Under the pieces are notes generated by a model. It was not told the origin of the DNA. It did not search any database and saw nothing but the letters and a program-made list of their open reading frames with translations. A program made the translations under genes and the position numbers. A stretch of DNA of 64,000 nucleotides from assembly GCF_009914755.1 (NCBI RefSeq), contig NC_060935.1. One strand, given 5' to 3'. The stretch is from the human T2T-CHM13v2.0 reference genome, Homo sapiens. Of this stretch, positions 1 through 13,350 are shown in pieces; the stretch's first letter is position 1; each line of letters opens with the position of its first letter.

Positions 1-233
1 GGGCCCTCATCCCAACCCAGCCACTAATGTTTGTGTGACTTATCTTTGGGAGGTACACAGTAGCCATCTAATCCTATATATTGAGTAGTCAGTAGTGAAG
101 TGGCTTGTCCCAAGTCTCTCAGCTGCCGCTGACAGCACAGTTCTAGAAGGCCTGGTCCTCCTTCTGGGGTGACTTCTCTGGAGGGTTCTCAGACATCCCT
201 GACACAGGTGGTCAGGTGGCCAGAGGAACCTAC

Positions 234-346
234 CTCTGAGCAGGTACAGCGCAGGCAGTACATCAGGCCTTGTGGCTCCAAGTAGGGGTGCCAGCTCTCG
301 CCGGGGGAGTATCTCTTCCCATGGAAAAGGCAGAACATGTCTGGGC
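234..346 (-). CDS. CHRDL2: Chordin-like 2 coding exon 2 (start of the first VWC/cysteine-rich domain)
   Basis: Minus strand reads (R)PDMFCLFHGKRYSPGESWHPYLEPQGLMYCLRCTCSE. Flanked by acceptor ccag (AG at 348-347) and donor GAG|gtaggt (GT at 233-232). 113 nt; with the 82-nt exon 1 this gives exactly 65 codons. Confidence 0.96.
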
Positions 347-893
347 CTGGCAAACCGACCAGTGCCATGTTAGTCCCAGGAGGCTCCAGCCCAAAGACCC
401 TGTCTCATTTCTCCTTCTTTCTAGCTCTAAAAGAGATGTCATCTGGGCCACTCAGACAAAAGAGAATCTGCTAGACAACTGGGCATGCTCTCCTAGGCAA
501 GGGGCCAGAAGGTCTGAGTTTGAATCTCGGCTTTACCACACACTTACTGTGCAACACTGGGCATGCCACTGTCTCTGAGCCTTAACGCTTATCTCACAGG
601 GCAGTTAGGGAATCAAGCAGTGAAATGCTGTACAGATTTATATCATGGTATCAACGTTAATTATTATGATTAGACAAATGAGGCCCAGAGAGGGTAAGTT
701 ACACCTGAGGGCCACACAGCAAGTCAGTCACCAGGCAGCGATGACAGCACCAGTCTCCTGACTCAGTCCCACGCTCCTCTGCCCTCACAATCATGCTTGT
801 TTCCTTTTTATTTGTCCCATTTGGCTTATTTAGTACATCACCTCACCCTTCCCTCCCTTCCCACCCCTCTCTCCTCTCCCATCCCCCTCCCCT

Positions 894-895
<2 letters not shown>

Positions 896-941
<46 letters not shown>
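896..941. repeat. (CA)n microsatellite
   Basis: About 23 uninterrupted AC units. Confidence 0.98.
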
Positions 942-944
<3 letters not shown>

Positions 945-1785
945 TACACATTCTCTGGGTCCTGTAGCCCACCTTTTGAACAAAGTCCTCCTGGTGTGAA
1001 GATCACCAGGCACCTGTGTAGAGGAGGATTGGCAGGGATGGGGCCTGAGGCCATGGCTCTGGGAGCTTTCTTGCTTTCACACTGTACTATGTCCTTATAT
1101 TTTGGTGAGCCGTGATGAGAAGGTTGTTAGGAAACTGACTTTCAAGTATCCTTAAAAATGGTCGTTGCTACTACTGTGATTTGTGATTGGCACACCAATG
1201 GACTTTTTTGCAATCGCACATCAGTTGTCAATATCTGGATGAATGCTTCTAAGAATTACTAAAATCGTTTGTTCCATGGGTTGGCTATCTCTCCTACAAT
1301 CCTGCATTCCTGAAACCTCTGCCTTTCTCACCTCCCATAACCCACTGATCCACTCCTGCTCCCACCTCCTACCCACTCACCTCCAGCCCTGGGTCAGACC
1401 TCCCAGCCCAGCACTGCAGCCTTGTGCCCTGCCCCTCTGCCTCCCGCCCTATCCTCACCAACCCTCCTCTACGCAGGTACCTAGCGATCTTCACGCCAGC
1501 AGGGAAAAACACTCCATTGCCTGAGCTCTTTTCAGGAGGAACTGGGAGGCTCAGCACAAGCTAAGTGCCAGTAAAGGTTTGTTGAATTAAATGAGATTGA
1601 AATATGGAGAAGGGAACCAACATTATTGACTATCTTCTCTTTGCCGAACCCCTTATAGAAGTTAATTATCTCATTAACATTATTGTTTTGACCATTAAAT
1701 TAGATAACGCTTGTAAAGTGTTTACCCAGTCCAGTTTCTGACCCTTAGTCGAATGCTATTATTATGATAATTGTGGTAACAATCA

Positions 1786-1855
1786 CAAAGCCACTGCAAA
1801 ATGGACATTGTCATCTTCTGGAATAGATGACAGTATCCGTCTTGCAGTGGCTTTG
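1786..1855 (-). ncRNA. MIR4696: miRNA precursor hairpin, recognised as mir-4696, in CHRDL2 intron 1
   Basis: 70-nt inverted repeat caaagccactgcaa...ttgcagtggctttg. Minus strand 1846-1825 reads UGCAAGACGGAUACUGUCAUCU, matching my recollection of mature miR-4696. Confidence 0.85.
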
Positions 1856-3344
1856 GACTGTTACCACAATTATGAGAAGGCTCACAGAGACTATGCCACT
1901 TGCCTAAAGTCCTCCGCTAGGATTTCAGCCCAGGACTCCCGCCTCCAAAGCAGAGCTCCTTTCTCTTCACCTCATCTCTCATCTCCTGTGGCTTTTTACA
2001 CAATTCCAGGGCCTAAAGGCCTTCTTCTCTCTCTGCCCCACCAGCCACCATCCCCGACTCCCTAGCTTATTCTCTTAGTCCCCTGTTGGTCTAAAATGGA
2101 GAAGCTGCCTCTCATGCCTCCTCATTTTCCAGAGTCAAGCGTCTTAGAAACATGGGTTCTTACACTTCCTAAATCACATTCTCTTAGACTTTGAAACAGA
2201 ATCGCAGAGCATTGAAAGCAGTAATGAGTTGGGTGGGGTGAGCGGGGAGCTCACATTCAGTGCAGGAATTCCCTCTCAGCACTGGGGGCTGGGCTGGCGT
2301 GCAGCCCCTGCCTGACACACGCCTCCAGGAAACAGGAGCTCATGGGCCATTCCTAACCATCAGAAGGTTTTCTTTGTAAGGAGCTGGAGTTGGCCTCTCT
2401 CGGGTTCCTCATATTGCTCCTGCTCTGCCCTCTTGGGCCTCCTAGAACAAAGATTTGAGACTGCTGTCACGATGCCTTCAGTCTGTGCTTCGAGGGTCGC
2501 TGAGAGTAGGAACACATGGCTTAGTTCCCTCGCCATTCCCTTCCCAACTCCGCAAAGTGGAGGAGCGATTAAAGTTCGCCTCTCACATTCCCAGCAAGCC
2601 AGCAAGGCCCGGCTGGCCCGTATCAAATGAGCTGTGTTTATCTCTCAGCCTCTACTGGCAGAGAGGGTGGGACACGGGCCCAGCTGGGGTGCTGGTCAGA
2701 GCCAGCCCAACTCTCCAAGGAGTGAATAATGTCTTTCTTCCTCAGTCCCCTCCTCCCACCAGGGAGGGGGTGATTGCAACACTGCCACCACCTTAGGTCT
2801 CAGCCTGTTGCTGAAGAAGCCCTGTCCTCCCTTCCTTGGGGCAGCCCTGTAGCCCAGGTCTCTGTGCCAGTTGGCACCCCCTTCACCTCACCGCCTGCTC
2901 AGAGCATGAAGACAGAAAGAGTGTCTCAGCCAATGCCCAGGCAGGAGGCCCCTTCCCCCCACCAACAGACCTGGCAGAGGCTGAGAATGTGGGGGGCCTG
3001 GCAGGAGGCCTCCAGTGGCCACAATCCCCACCCCACCATACCCTAGAAGGTGACAGGCACAAGGAAGGGTGGCATGGCCTGGAGCTCTCTCTTCCTCAAG
3101 TGAGATGAGTGCCCAAGGCCATGCCAGAACCAAGCAGGAGGAAGAACTGCCAGACGGCGACAGGCCGCCTCAGTTCCTGCAGTGCTGGCACTAGCCCCAA
3201 CCCTTGAACATGGCTGGTGAAAACAGTTTTAGTTCTTTAAGCCACAAGTTCACTGTGTGACATTCAGAGACTCATCCTCCTTTCTCTGAGCCTCAGTTTC
3301 CCATCTGCAAAATAAGGGGAGGGGGTAAGCTATGATCTTCAAAG

Positions 3345-3580
3345 ATTTTCTGCATAGATACTTTATGAATCCATGATTTCAACATTTGAAGACTCCAAAA
3401 TTCTAGGATTCTAAGGTTCAGGATTTTGAGAATTCCATGTTTCTAAGAACCTGTCTTTCCTTAGAACACAAAGCTTCTAGAATTGTCCAATGTTGTGGTT
3501 CTAAGATTCGATCATTCCAAGATTCTATGATTCTTGGATGTGTTGATGGTCTCATACATCTTAGGCTCTCAGAGGCTCCA
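3345..3580 (+). repeat. Degenerate 8-mer (ATTCTRWG-like) array at the tail of a MIR/MIR3-like element
   Basis: Units such as ttctagga, ttctaagg, ttctaaga, gattctat and gattcttg follow a MIR core (ctctgagcctcagtttcccatctgcaaaat). Confidence 0.6.
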
Positions 3581-4840
3581 AAGTGGGTTAGGATGAAGTT
3601 CAGGGAGCCAGTAGGACCAGTCCTGAGTGACACAGGTGTGTCACCTGAGTGTGAAGGAGGTAAAGTTTGTCTCATACCTCACTCCCTTCCCATACACTCC
3701 CTTTGGTCCTCTGTGGCGTTCCCACCTCTGCCCTGGCCTTGGACCTGCCCTGATTCCTCTCCCACCCCACCACCAAGTCTCATCCCACCTGTGCCCATGC
3801 ATCCCTCCCCATCTCAGAGACCAAGCATGACTTTTCTCAGGGACCCTTTGGAGTCAGATCGGCTGGGGTTCAAATTGTGGATTTGGCTTTTATTTGCAGC
3901 CTGAATTTAGACAAGTTACCTAACCATTCTGGGCCTCTGTTTCCACATCTATTAAATGGAACTAATAACAATCTTTACCTCTCAGAGTTACTGTAGAATT
4001 AGGTCAGATAATATATGTAATATGCCTAGTGCCTGACATATATTATATGCTCAACTAAATAGGTTTAAAAAAAAACAGATCTGGGCACTGACCCCAGACT
4101 TCCTTAATAGTTTGTTTCCTGTGGTGTTTCTTTGACTCCCAGAGCTCTCTGTGGTCATCCCCAGGCACCTATTAGGGGATGAACATCATAGCACACACTG
4201 AGGCCAAATCTCCCAGGTCTCATTTACTACTGCACCAATCATGATTCTGGTGGCCTCCTGCATTCTTCTAGCCCCACTCATAAATCAGATTAGTTTGCCT
4301 CAACTCACCTCAGGCCCACAGACCTTGGGAGGGGATACAGAGATGAAAGTGGCTCAGAAGTTGGAGGAGAGAATGGGAAGGCAGGAGTGAGAGGCAAGAG
4401 ACCAGTCTGGAAGGAGAAGCAGAGGCTCACGGAGGTCTTTGAGAGCCTGAGAGGCAAAGGAAAGCCATGGAAAAGCTTTAAACTGGGGAGTTCCATGATC
4501 AGATTTGCATTTTAGAATCATCACTGTGCTCACAGGAATGGAGAACTGATTGGAGGGCAAGACTGGAGGCAGGGAGACCAGGGAGGGGCTGTTGCAGTCA
4601 TCCTGTTTTGAGATCATGCTGGACCTGGACCAAGATGGAAGCTGTGCTGATGGGCAAAAGTACAGATTTGAGAAACACTTAGGAGGTACAATGGGCAGGC
4701 TTTGGGACAGACTGGATAGGATATGGGTGGAGAAGGCAAAGGAGCCATCAAGGTCAGGATTGAGGTTTCGGGACTGAACACATACGTGAGTGTGCGGCAC
4801 TTGGCATAACAGGCAGTAAACATTATTATCATTAGTAATA

Positions 4841-5449
4841 CAGTAGTCCCCCCTCATCCTTGGGTGATACATTCCAAGACCCCCAGTGGATGCCTGAAAC
4901 CACAGTTTGTACTGAACCCTACATAGACCATGCATAGATTTCTTTTGCCTTCTTTACAATTTCACAAATAGAAGATTCATCCTTACTGTAGATCTTAGCA
5001 AACTCACTATACCATTTTTTTCCTTTCCTTATTAATTGAGAACTTTTACCTTTTTACTTAAAGAAAGCACTTTATGGCTTCTCTTTGGCATATCCAAATT
5101 GCTGGCACTGCTACTCGTGCTTTGGTGCCATTATGAAGTAAAATAAGGGTTCCTTGAACACAAGCCTTGCAATACTGCAACAGTTGATCTGATCACTGAG
5201 ACAGCTACCAAGTGATTAACGGGCGGGGAGCATCTACAGCGTGGGCACACTGGACAAAGGGGTGATTTACATTCTGGATGGGACAGAGAGGGATGGCAAC
5301 AGAATTCACCATGCCACTCAGAATGATGTGCAATTTAAAACGTATGAATTCTTTATTTCTGGAATTTCCAATTTAACATTTTGGACCAAGGTTAATCACA
5401 GGAAACTGAGACCTCAGAAATTGAAACCATGAATACTGGGGGACTGCTA
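4841..5449 (-). mobile_element. MER44-family (Tigger7-derived) DNA transposon
   Basis: TA + CAGTAGTCCCCC terminal repeat, internal tttatttctggaatttcc typical of MER44, and a degenerate ggggactgcta at the other end. Confidence 0.75.
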
Positions 5450-6401
5450 CAGTAATATTACTTCCCATTATTCATTTATTTATTGAACTTTTTGTATGTC
5501 AAATATTATACACATTCATGGGCCTGGTACATGACTTAAAACAAAGTCACCTCCTGAAGGAGCTCACAGCCTAGTGAAGAACACAGATAGATACAATACA
5601 TTCAGTCTGACAAACGCTATGATGGCGTGAGCATAGGGTCTTCAGGCGAGGCTTCTCTAGGAACATGCCTGAGCTGGATCTTGGAGAAATTAACAAGATG
5701 CAGAAGGGGAAGGACTTCTCAGGCAGTGGGTGCTAGATGCAAAGGCACAGAGGTGGGAGTGGATGTGGTTCATGAAGGACACAGAGGCTTCTCTTTGGCA
5801 TATCCAAAGTGCTAGACACTAGCTCCCTTTCCCACAGGAAGTGTCCACTTGGATGGGCCACAGCCAAATCTCTTTACCTGTCTGAACAGACTTAAAGTGA
5901 CTGGACTTAGTTGATCTAATCTGATTTCAGGACAGCAATGTTTACCAGACAGATTCCAAATGTCACTGTGTCATCCCCAGCCTATCATGAGGTGGCTCCT
6001 GCCTGCTTTTCCAGCAAAACTTTTTGTGGTGGCCCTGTTTTCAGCCTCACCTCCTCTTGCTAAATTCCTCACTCTTCCACCAGCCCCCAGGCCTCCTCCT
6101 ACTGTGCCTTCAAACATGCTGTTTCCTCCACCTGGAATGGAATCCTCCATCTCCAATGTTTGACCAACTCCTTCCCATTCTTCAAAAGCCAGCTTAGATG
6201 CTACCCTTTCTGTGAAGCTGCCCCAAACTTCCAGCCACTGGCCTTTCCTGCAGAACTGAGTTCAGCCCTCATTACAATTCTCATCACAAATGGATTAGAG
6301 GTACTTCTTAAGTAAGCTTTGCTTCCTAACTAAACTGGGACCTTCTTGAGAGCAAGGACCAGATCTCATTAAATTTTGTGCTCAAGGTAGAGCCTACATA
6401 G

Positions 6402-6805
<404 letters not shown>

Positions 6806-8895
6806 CTGGAAGCCTCTTTCTTTAACAAAAGGAGTAGTTCATTATATGGGAAGAGGGCCAATTCCCTTTCAGCACTTTTACCTTGCCACCTAACAGAAAT
6901 TAGCTTCTGACAACCCCCACTTTCCAGCTCCCTGCCATCTGAATGCTCAAACCACTGGCCAAACCAAATGACAACATGTACAAAAAGGTCAGGAGCCCAG
7001 AGTAGCTAAGGGGATGAGTGATTCCATGATCTTCACGCATAAGTCAAAATTTCCAAACTGTCTCTATCCAAGTTCCAAGCTCATCCCACAGTCTGGCTTG
7101 AAACTCTCATGCTGTGATAAAAGGTTTTTTTATGGTGGTCAGTTAGAAGGGGTTAGTGCGGTTGAGAATTCTTCCCCAATAGGAAGCAGAAAAGACAACT
7201 AGAAAGAAGCTTCTGGGCTGGAGGGGAGGCTGGTCAAGACCTTGGAAAGGGCATCAGGAGGGGCCGGGGTGAGAGGAGAGAGGTCTGGAATTGTGGCTGG
7301 CCTGTCCCCAGGCTGCAAGAACTCAGGAAACCTGAGTGAGCCAGGCTGCCCAGGAATGTAGAACGTTTACATCTCTTCCCTCACACCCACACAGCCATAC
7401 TTTCTCTATTTATTTATAATCCCCTCTTCACACAAACAAACTTGCTCCCCTCTGAGACATAAGCTCTGCTCTGGGCTCTGGCACCCGGTGGGAGAGGCCT
7501 CTTAAGGAAATCAGAAGAAAAGCCTCAGCTCCTCAGTGGCTGAGCTGTGCAACCCGGAGAAAGGAACTGCATTTCTCTGAACCTGACTTTTCCCTCTGGC
7601 ACATGACAGACATACAGGAACATAGAAGGGCCTCTAGGGAGAGAACTATCAAACCAGGAAAGGCAGCTCTGTTACCTGTTAAAGGGCAGGAAACAGGGTG
7701 GGGACTGTTCACATTTTTTTCTGCCTTGGACATATATGCTTAGATTCATAGAATCGTAGAAAGCTAGGGACTCAGAGACATCCAGTCCCCTGTTTCCTTT
7801 GTGGGAAATTGAGTCCCAGAGAGAGATCAGGACTTGACTAAGCTTGATTCACTCCAGCACAATCTTCAATGCCAGTCGTCAGATGTGGAGAGAATGCTTA
7901 CAGGGACACCCATCCCCTACTAGGCAGGACTAGAAGAAATGGCCTTAATTTGTAAACAGAAGGCTTCTGGCGAGACACAAAAAAGAACTCCTGAGTACAA
8001 GAATGAGGATGGGGTCCTGGACAGAGGAAGGGGGACGCCTGAAATGATCTCTGTACTACACCTCCCAGGGGCACCGCTGTCATGCCAGTCCTTTTCTTTG
8101 AGAATATGAAGGATTCAAGGTCCCTCTCCCAGAGTCCGGCGCCATGGTTGGCGGCTGGGGGAACTTGAGAGGCCAGTCCTGGAACAGGTGCAACAGCTGG
8201 AGCAACTGCGCAGCTGTTGCCGGGCTCAGGCTCAGCAGCCTGTGCGCCAGTGAGTGAGGCAGAGACCTCTGCTGGTGGGAGAGGAGAGGTGCAGAACGGC
8301 CCAGTCAGAGATCCAGAGAGAAGTCAGCCTGGAGCCGGACTTCAGGCCTTCACTTAGGTGCTCCCCACTGCCTCATGCACACCTGCACAGGTAGATGGGG
8401 ATGCGACTAAGCTGGACAGACAAGCAGGTCCCCTCTGGCCGGTCTCCCACTACCTTCACTGCCCCAGGCCATCCAGGCACTTTTTTCTGGTGTCTGAGGG
8501 TCTGCCTGTCCACTCCTCCCTGGCAGGGCAGGAGTACCACCCTCCCACATCCCTATTCCAAAGGCCAGAGTGGACTCGGAATCAAGGCAACCACATCTTT
8601 GGGTTTTGGAGACTTAGAATTACGAAGTGTTAAAACTAGAATGGTCCTCAATAATCATCCACTTGAGTCCAACCATCTCACTTTACAGGGGAGAAAACTG
8701 AGAGGTAGAGAAAGGCAACCTGTCCAGGGTCACAGTTGGAATTGATGGCACAGCCAGGGCTGGATCCATGACTTTCTGATTCCAGGTTTGCCCTCCACAT
8801 CACATCCTACCAGCGGAGCTCCCTTCCTGTCCCATGCCTGCGTCTAGGGTCCGGAATTCATCACCTGGGAACGAAAGCTTCGATTCCCATAATAA

Positions 8896-9235
<340 letters not shown>

Positions 9236-12200
9236 TAACTGACTCTCCTGAAAGCAGGATTGGATGGAGGGAGGGAAGAGAAAGCAGAGCATACTAGACA
9301 CCTACAAGGGACAATTAGGGAAGAGAACCAAAGAGAGGAGCTGAGAGGAGTAGGGCAGAAAGCACTGAAGAGGGAGGTAAGAAGATAGTAGGCCTCTGGT
9401 GGACACTCATCCACAAAGAGCCGAGTGTCTAGAGTGACCAGCATCACACATGTCTGTGGCTCAGCCTGGGGCTGGGACCAGTACTGGTCAGTAACCAGGT
9501 CAGGGACCCAGCCTGGGTAAGGGGTCTTGTATAGGGGTGGAATTGGTGTTCAACCTGTGGCCAAGGTTGGAGGACTAGGGCTTGGCTTGTGGCTGGAATT
9601 GCAACTTAGTCTGTATTGGGATTAGGGCTCAATCTATGGCTGGAAATAGAACCAAAGAGAGAATACTTTTTGTTTGAATAGCCTGAGGAGCAAACTGTTA
9701 CCTGTGTTCACAGGCCCTTGGCATTCTTCAGGGCTCCGACACCTCAGGAGCCTGATACCACACAGACTTGAACATTTCCATCCGTTAGCACTGTTTCTGA
9801 AAGCACCTAAGATATCACCAGATTTCTGACCCACAACAGGCTTGAGATCTCACTTAAACTAAGATGAGGACCTTTGTAAGAGACCTTCAAATAGCATCTT
9901 GGCAAATGACTATAGGATCCTTTCTAGATTCATAGGCTGTCAGCACCAAACAAAATGAGGCTCAGATAAAGAAGTGGTCTGTCCCAACTCACACAGCCAA
10001 TAAGTGACAAATCAGGGTCCAGGACCCAGGTCTGTTCTGCTTTTTGTTGTTGTTGTTGTTGTTGTTGTTTTTTAAGAGATGAGGTCTCACCATGTTCCCC
10101 AGGCTAGCCTTGAACTCCTGAGCTCAAGGGTTCCTCTCCCTCTCAGCCTCCCAAGTAGCTGGTGACTGGAACTACAGGTGTGTACCACTGTGCCTGGCTT
10201 TTGTTCTTTTCTTTAATAAATTTGCTGTGTGACCTTGGGCAAGTCACTCTTCTCTTCTGGGCTTCAATTTAACTCTAAGTATAGGTATATTGATGGGTAG
10301 AAGCAGATGGTTTTTGATAGTTTCACCAGCTCTAACATCCAGGAATCTTAACATTCTCCAATGAGTGCCAGTCCACCTCACCCTAATGAGTTGGCTCCAA
10401 GTCTTTTTCTCACATGTCTGGAGATCTGTATTTACAAGGCTGTAGGGAAGATGGAATACTGGCAGGACCTGCTGAGAGGTACAGAGCTGAAGGCCAGGGA
10501 GGCACAGACGAGGGAGATCAGAGTGGATCAAGTCACCGGGGAGAGTTTGCTTGAAGAGGTGTGACCTAGGCAAGGCCATGAAAGGCTGACAAGATATGGG
10601 AAGCAAAGAAGCAGGGTGTGGGTAGGATAACAGTCTGGTTCTAGGACATCTTTCCAAGATGCATCAAGGGCAATGATATCTGGAGAAAAAATTGCAGGGA
10701 CTAAGAACAAGGTGTCAAGTGGATGGGAGGCAGGCATGGAGGGCATCCTGTGCAAAGTCTCTTTTAAGAAATAGGAGGCAGGTGTTAGGAGGAAACCCTC
10801 AGGGTTCAAGAAAGCGGAAGAGACATTTATTAAGTACACAGCATTGTGCTGGGCACTTTAATCCGTTACCTCCTTTAATCCTCCCAAGAACCCTGCAAGT
10901 TCTGGATTAGTATCTCTCTTAGACAGATGAGGAAATTGAGGCTCAGAGAAGTTATGACTTACAAAAAGTCACACAGCTCTAAGGGGCACGGCCAGGATTT
11001 GAATACAACACTGAGCTAATTCCATTACTTGTTCTATGTAATGGAAAGACTTATATGAGTCTCATGCTGCTGGCAGGCCAGAGACACTCAGCCTGCTCTC
11101 ATGAGCAGAAACAAGACCGTAACAAAGTCCAGCACTACCAGCTCCAGAATGTCACGTGCAAAAGAAAGGCATAGATGGAGGAGCTGAGCTGGGGAGAGGA
11201 AAGAGCACCAGACTAGGAGTTGGGAACGCAGGGTCTTAATCCCAGGCTGTGCCATGTATGTCCTGGAGAAACCCACTGCTTGAATGAAGCTCCTTTCTTC
11301 TGATTAAGAGAATGTGGTTTGGTTTTCCATCCTCACAGCATTCTAAGAGATTGGCTGGGCATGGGGAGGGGGGACCACCAGCCTATTGTGGGCGCAGTGA
11401 GGAAACTGAGGCTCAGATTGATGATGTAACCTGTTTGATGTTACACTGTATCTATGTGGAAAAGCATAATTGGGAACTGATTTTTTTTGGAAGCTATCAA
11501 GCACCAGTCTTGTGCTAGCTGCTTTACCTCTTTTCTCTAATTTAATCCTATCAACTCTCCTAGGATTTTTACTTCCGCTTTATAGATTAGGAAACCCAGG
11601 GTCAGAGAGGTGCACTCTGTGACGGCCTCCCAGCAGCTGGCATTCAGCGGGGCTGGGATGGTGAAGACGCTGGTCTATCTCACTGTGCCCTGCCGCCTCC
11701 CAGAGTCTCACACTGCAAATTCAGGGTTCCTTCTAGACAATGTGAGGCAGGGAATAAAGCATGGGATCTGGAACTAGAGTTCTGGCTTTGGATGGCTTAC
11801 CCGCTCTGTAAGTTTTAGCAAGTTCCTCCTTGCTCAGCCTAAGTTTTCTCATCTGTAAAGTGCGAATGATAATACCCACCTCACTGGAGAGTTGCGAGGA
11901 TCAAAAGAGAGAAAAGAATGGGAAGGTTATCCTAATTACCTCTCATTTCTGTCCAATGGCTCTTTCCAAAGGCAAAAAGCCTTTTCTTCTCCATCACACT
12001 CCTTACCTGTAGCCAGACATACCCGACTCCCTCCTAGGAACAGTAAGTCCTCCCCCAACCCAAAACACAGTGCCCTGCCCTCTCCCCCCGCTGCCCTTGG
12101 TGCCCCTCCTCAGGTCCCTGGCAGCAGCCCTCTCTCAGTTCTGAGTTGTGCCGAGTTCCTCCGGTCCCCCGGCCCATACTGGTCCTCACGGAGTCTCCAC

Positions 12201-12324
12201 CCCTCCGGCACAGGTGCTGCCTGGACGGCTGTCAGAAGAGCTTGGGGTCCAGGTCCTGGCGCTGTCCCGCACATTCCAGGGGCCGCATCCCTCCTCTGCC
12301 CACCCAGCCTCCCGGTCTACTTAC

Positions 12325-12406
12325 GGGCTCGAGCGTGGGAGTCCAGGGGGAACCAGAGCAGCGCGAGTCCCAGCAAGGAGGAGAGGACCCTCACCTCGGG
12401 AACCAT
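12325..12406 (-). CDS. CHRDL2: Chordin-like 2 coding exon 1 (signal peptide)
   Basis: ATG at 12406-12404 gives MVPEVRVLSSLLGLALLWFPLDSHARA, a hydrophobic signal peptide. Phase-1 donor C|gtaagt at 12324 matches the phase of exon 2 (C|GC = Arg). Confidence 0.96.
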
Positions 12407-12699
12407 CCTTTCCCCAGGGTCAGGCCGCTGGTCCGGGAGCGGAGTCGGGAGGAAGGGAGACGAAAAGGACACGGAGGCACAGGGGCCACAGATCAACCCA
12501 CAGACCCCAGGAGGTCTGCTGCTAGAGCGGGGTCGGAGAAGGGCCAGGAAGCAGCGGTGGGCAGGAAAGGAGGGCAGGAAGGGAGGTCTAAGGTGGGAAG
12601 AAGAGAAAGGTGGAAAGAGAACGCGGGGAAAGGAGGGAGAGATGGAGAGACGAAGGAAGGTCCAGCAGAAGGGAGAGGCGATCAAAGAAAGGGGGAAGG

Positions 12700-13350
12700 T
12701 GAGAGGGAGAGGAGGAGAAAGCAGGGAGAGGACCGGCGTCTGCCGAGCGCGCAGCGCCGGGCAAGGCGCGCGGGACCAGCGGGTGTTGCGGGCGCGCGGG
12801 CTAGAGGCGGCCGGCGCCCCCTACTCGGTGGGCTCGGGGTCGGGCCGCGGGGGCCTGGGGCCCGGCGGGGCGGCGGTCCCAGCAGCGGCGGCGGCGCGGC
12901 GGCCGCGGAGGGAGGCTGAGCGCGGGCCGGCTGTGCTCGCCAAGGGCTTCAGGCGCCGCGCTCGGGCGCATTTGTACTTTGCCGCGGGAAGCAGGCAGCC
13001 CGGCCTGGCGCTGGCCTAGCGCTGGCGCCTCCTCTGGGGCACCGCGGGCTCGGTGGATTGGCCACCCGAGAAACAGGCCCACTTTTTCCCCTCCTCTCTT
13101 GTGCGGGTCTCCGGGACGGACGCTCCAGGCGCGGCGCCGAGTGGAGGCGAGGGGGCTGCGGAGGGGGAAGGGGCCACGCGGGCCACGGGGTTTAACCCCT
13201 GACTCCCCGCGACGCCAAGAATGCAGGAGGGCAGAGTTGAGGGAGACCTCAGGTGGAACTTTCAGGTGGGGAAGGCTGAGCTGTCGGGGCTGCGGGTACC
13301 GGGAAGGCTCAGGGTAAGGCGCTCGGCGGTGCGTGCCCGGAACTCCGCAG
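12700..13350 (-). promoter_or_regulatory. CHRDL2: CHRDL2 CpG island / promoter
   Basis: Very high GC and CpG density, GC boxes, CCAAT box on the minus strand (plus gattggcc near 13056-13063) and TATA-like TACAAAT (minus, 12976-12970). These suggest a TSS near 12945. Confidence 0.8.

Noticed and set aside
1174-1226. Imperfect inverted repeat tgatttgtgattg / caatcgcacatca
   Set aside because: Short stem with mismatches and a large loop; probably an old transposon remnant I cannot identify
4354-4935. 193-aa minus-strand ORF
   Set aside because: Runs from a MER44 element into an L2 fragment; no recognisable domain
8138-8150. CCATGG with good Kozak context on both strands
   Set aside because: Yields only short ORFs (21 aa on minus, 37 aa on plus) with no supporting exon structure
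12407-12820. Open frame upstream of and in frame with the CHRDL2 ATG (possible N-terminal extension from TTG/CTG)
   Set aside because: No ATG and weak near-cognate contexts; it would bury the signal peptide; expected in A-poor sequence
11892-13019. 375-aa plus-strand ORF and overlapping 257-aa ORF
   Set aside because: Non-ATG start, antisense to CHRDL2 exon 1, low-complexity G/R/A/E composition. Stop codons are scarce because of the GC- and purine-rich sequence.
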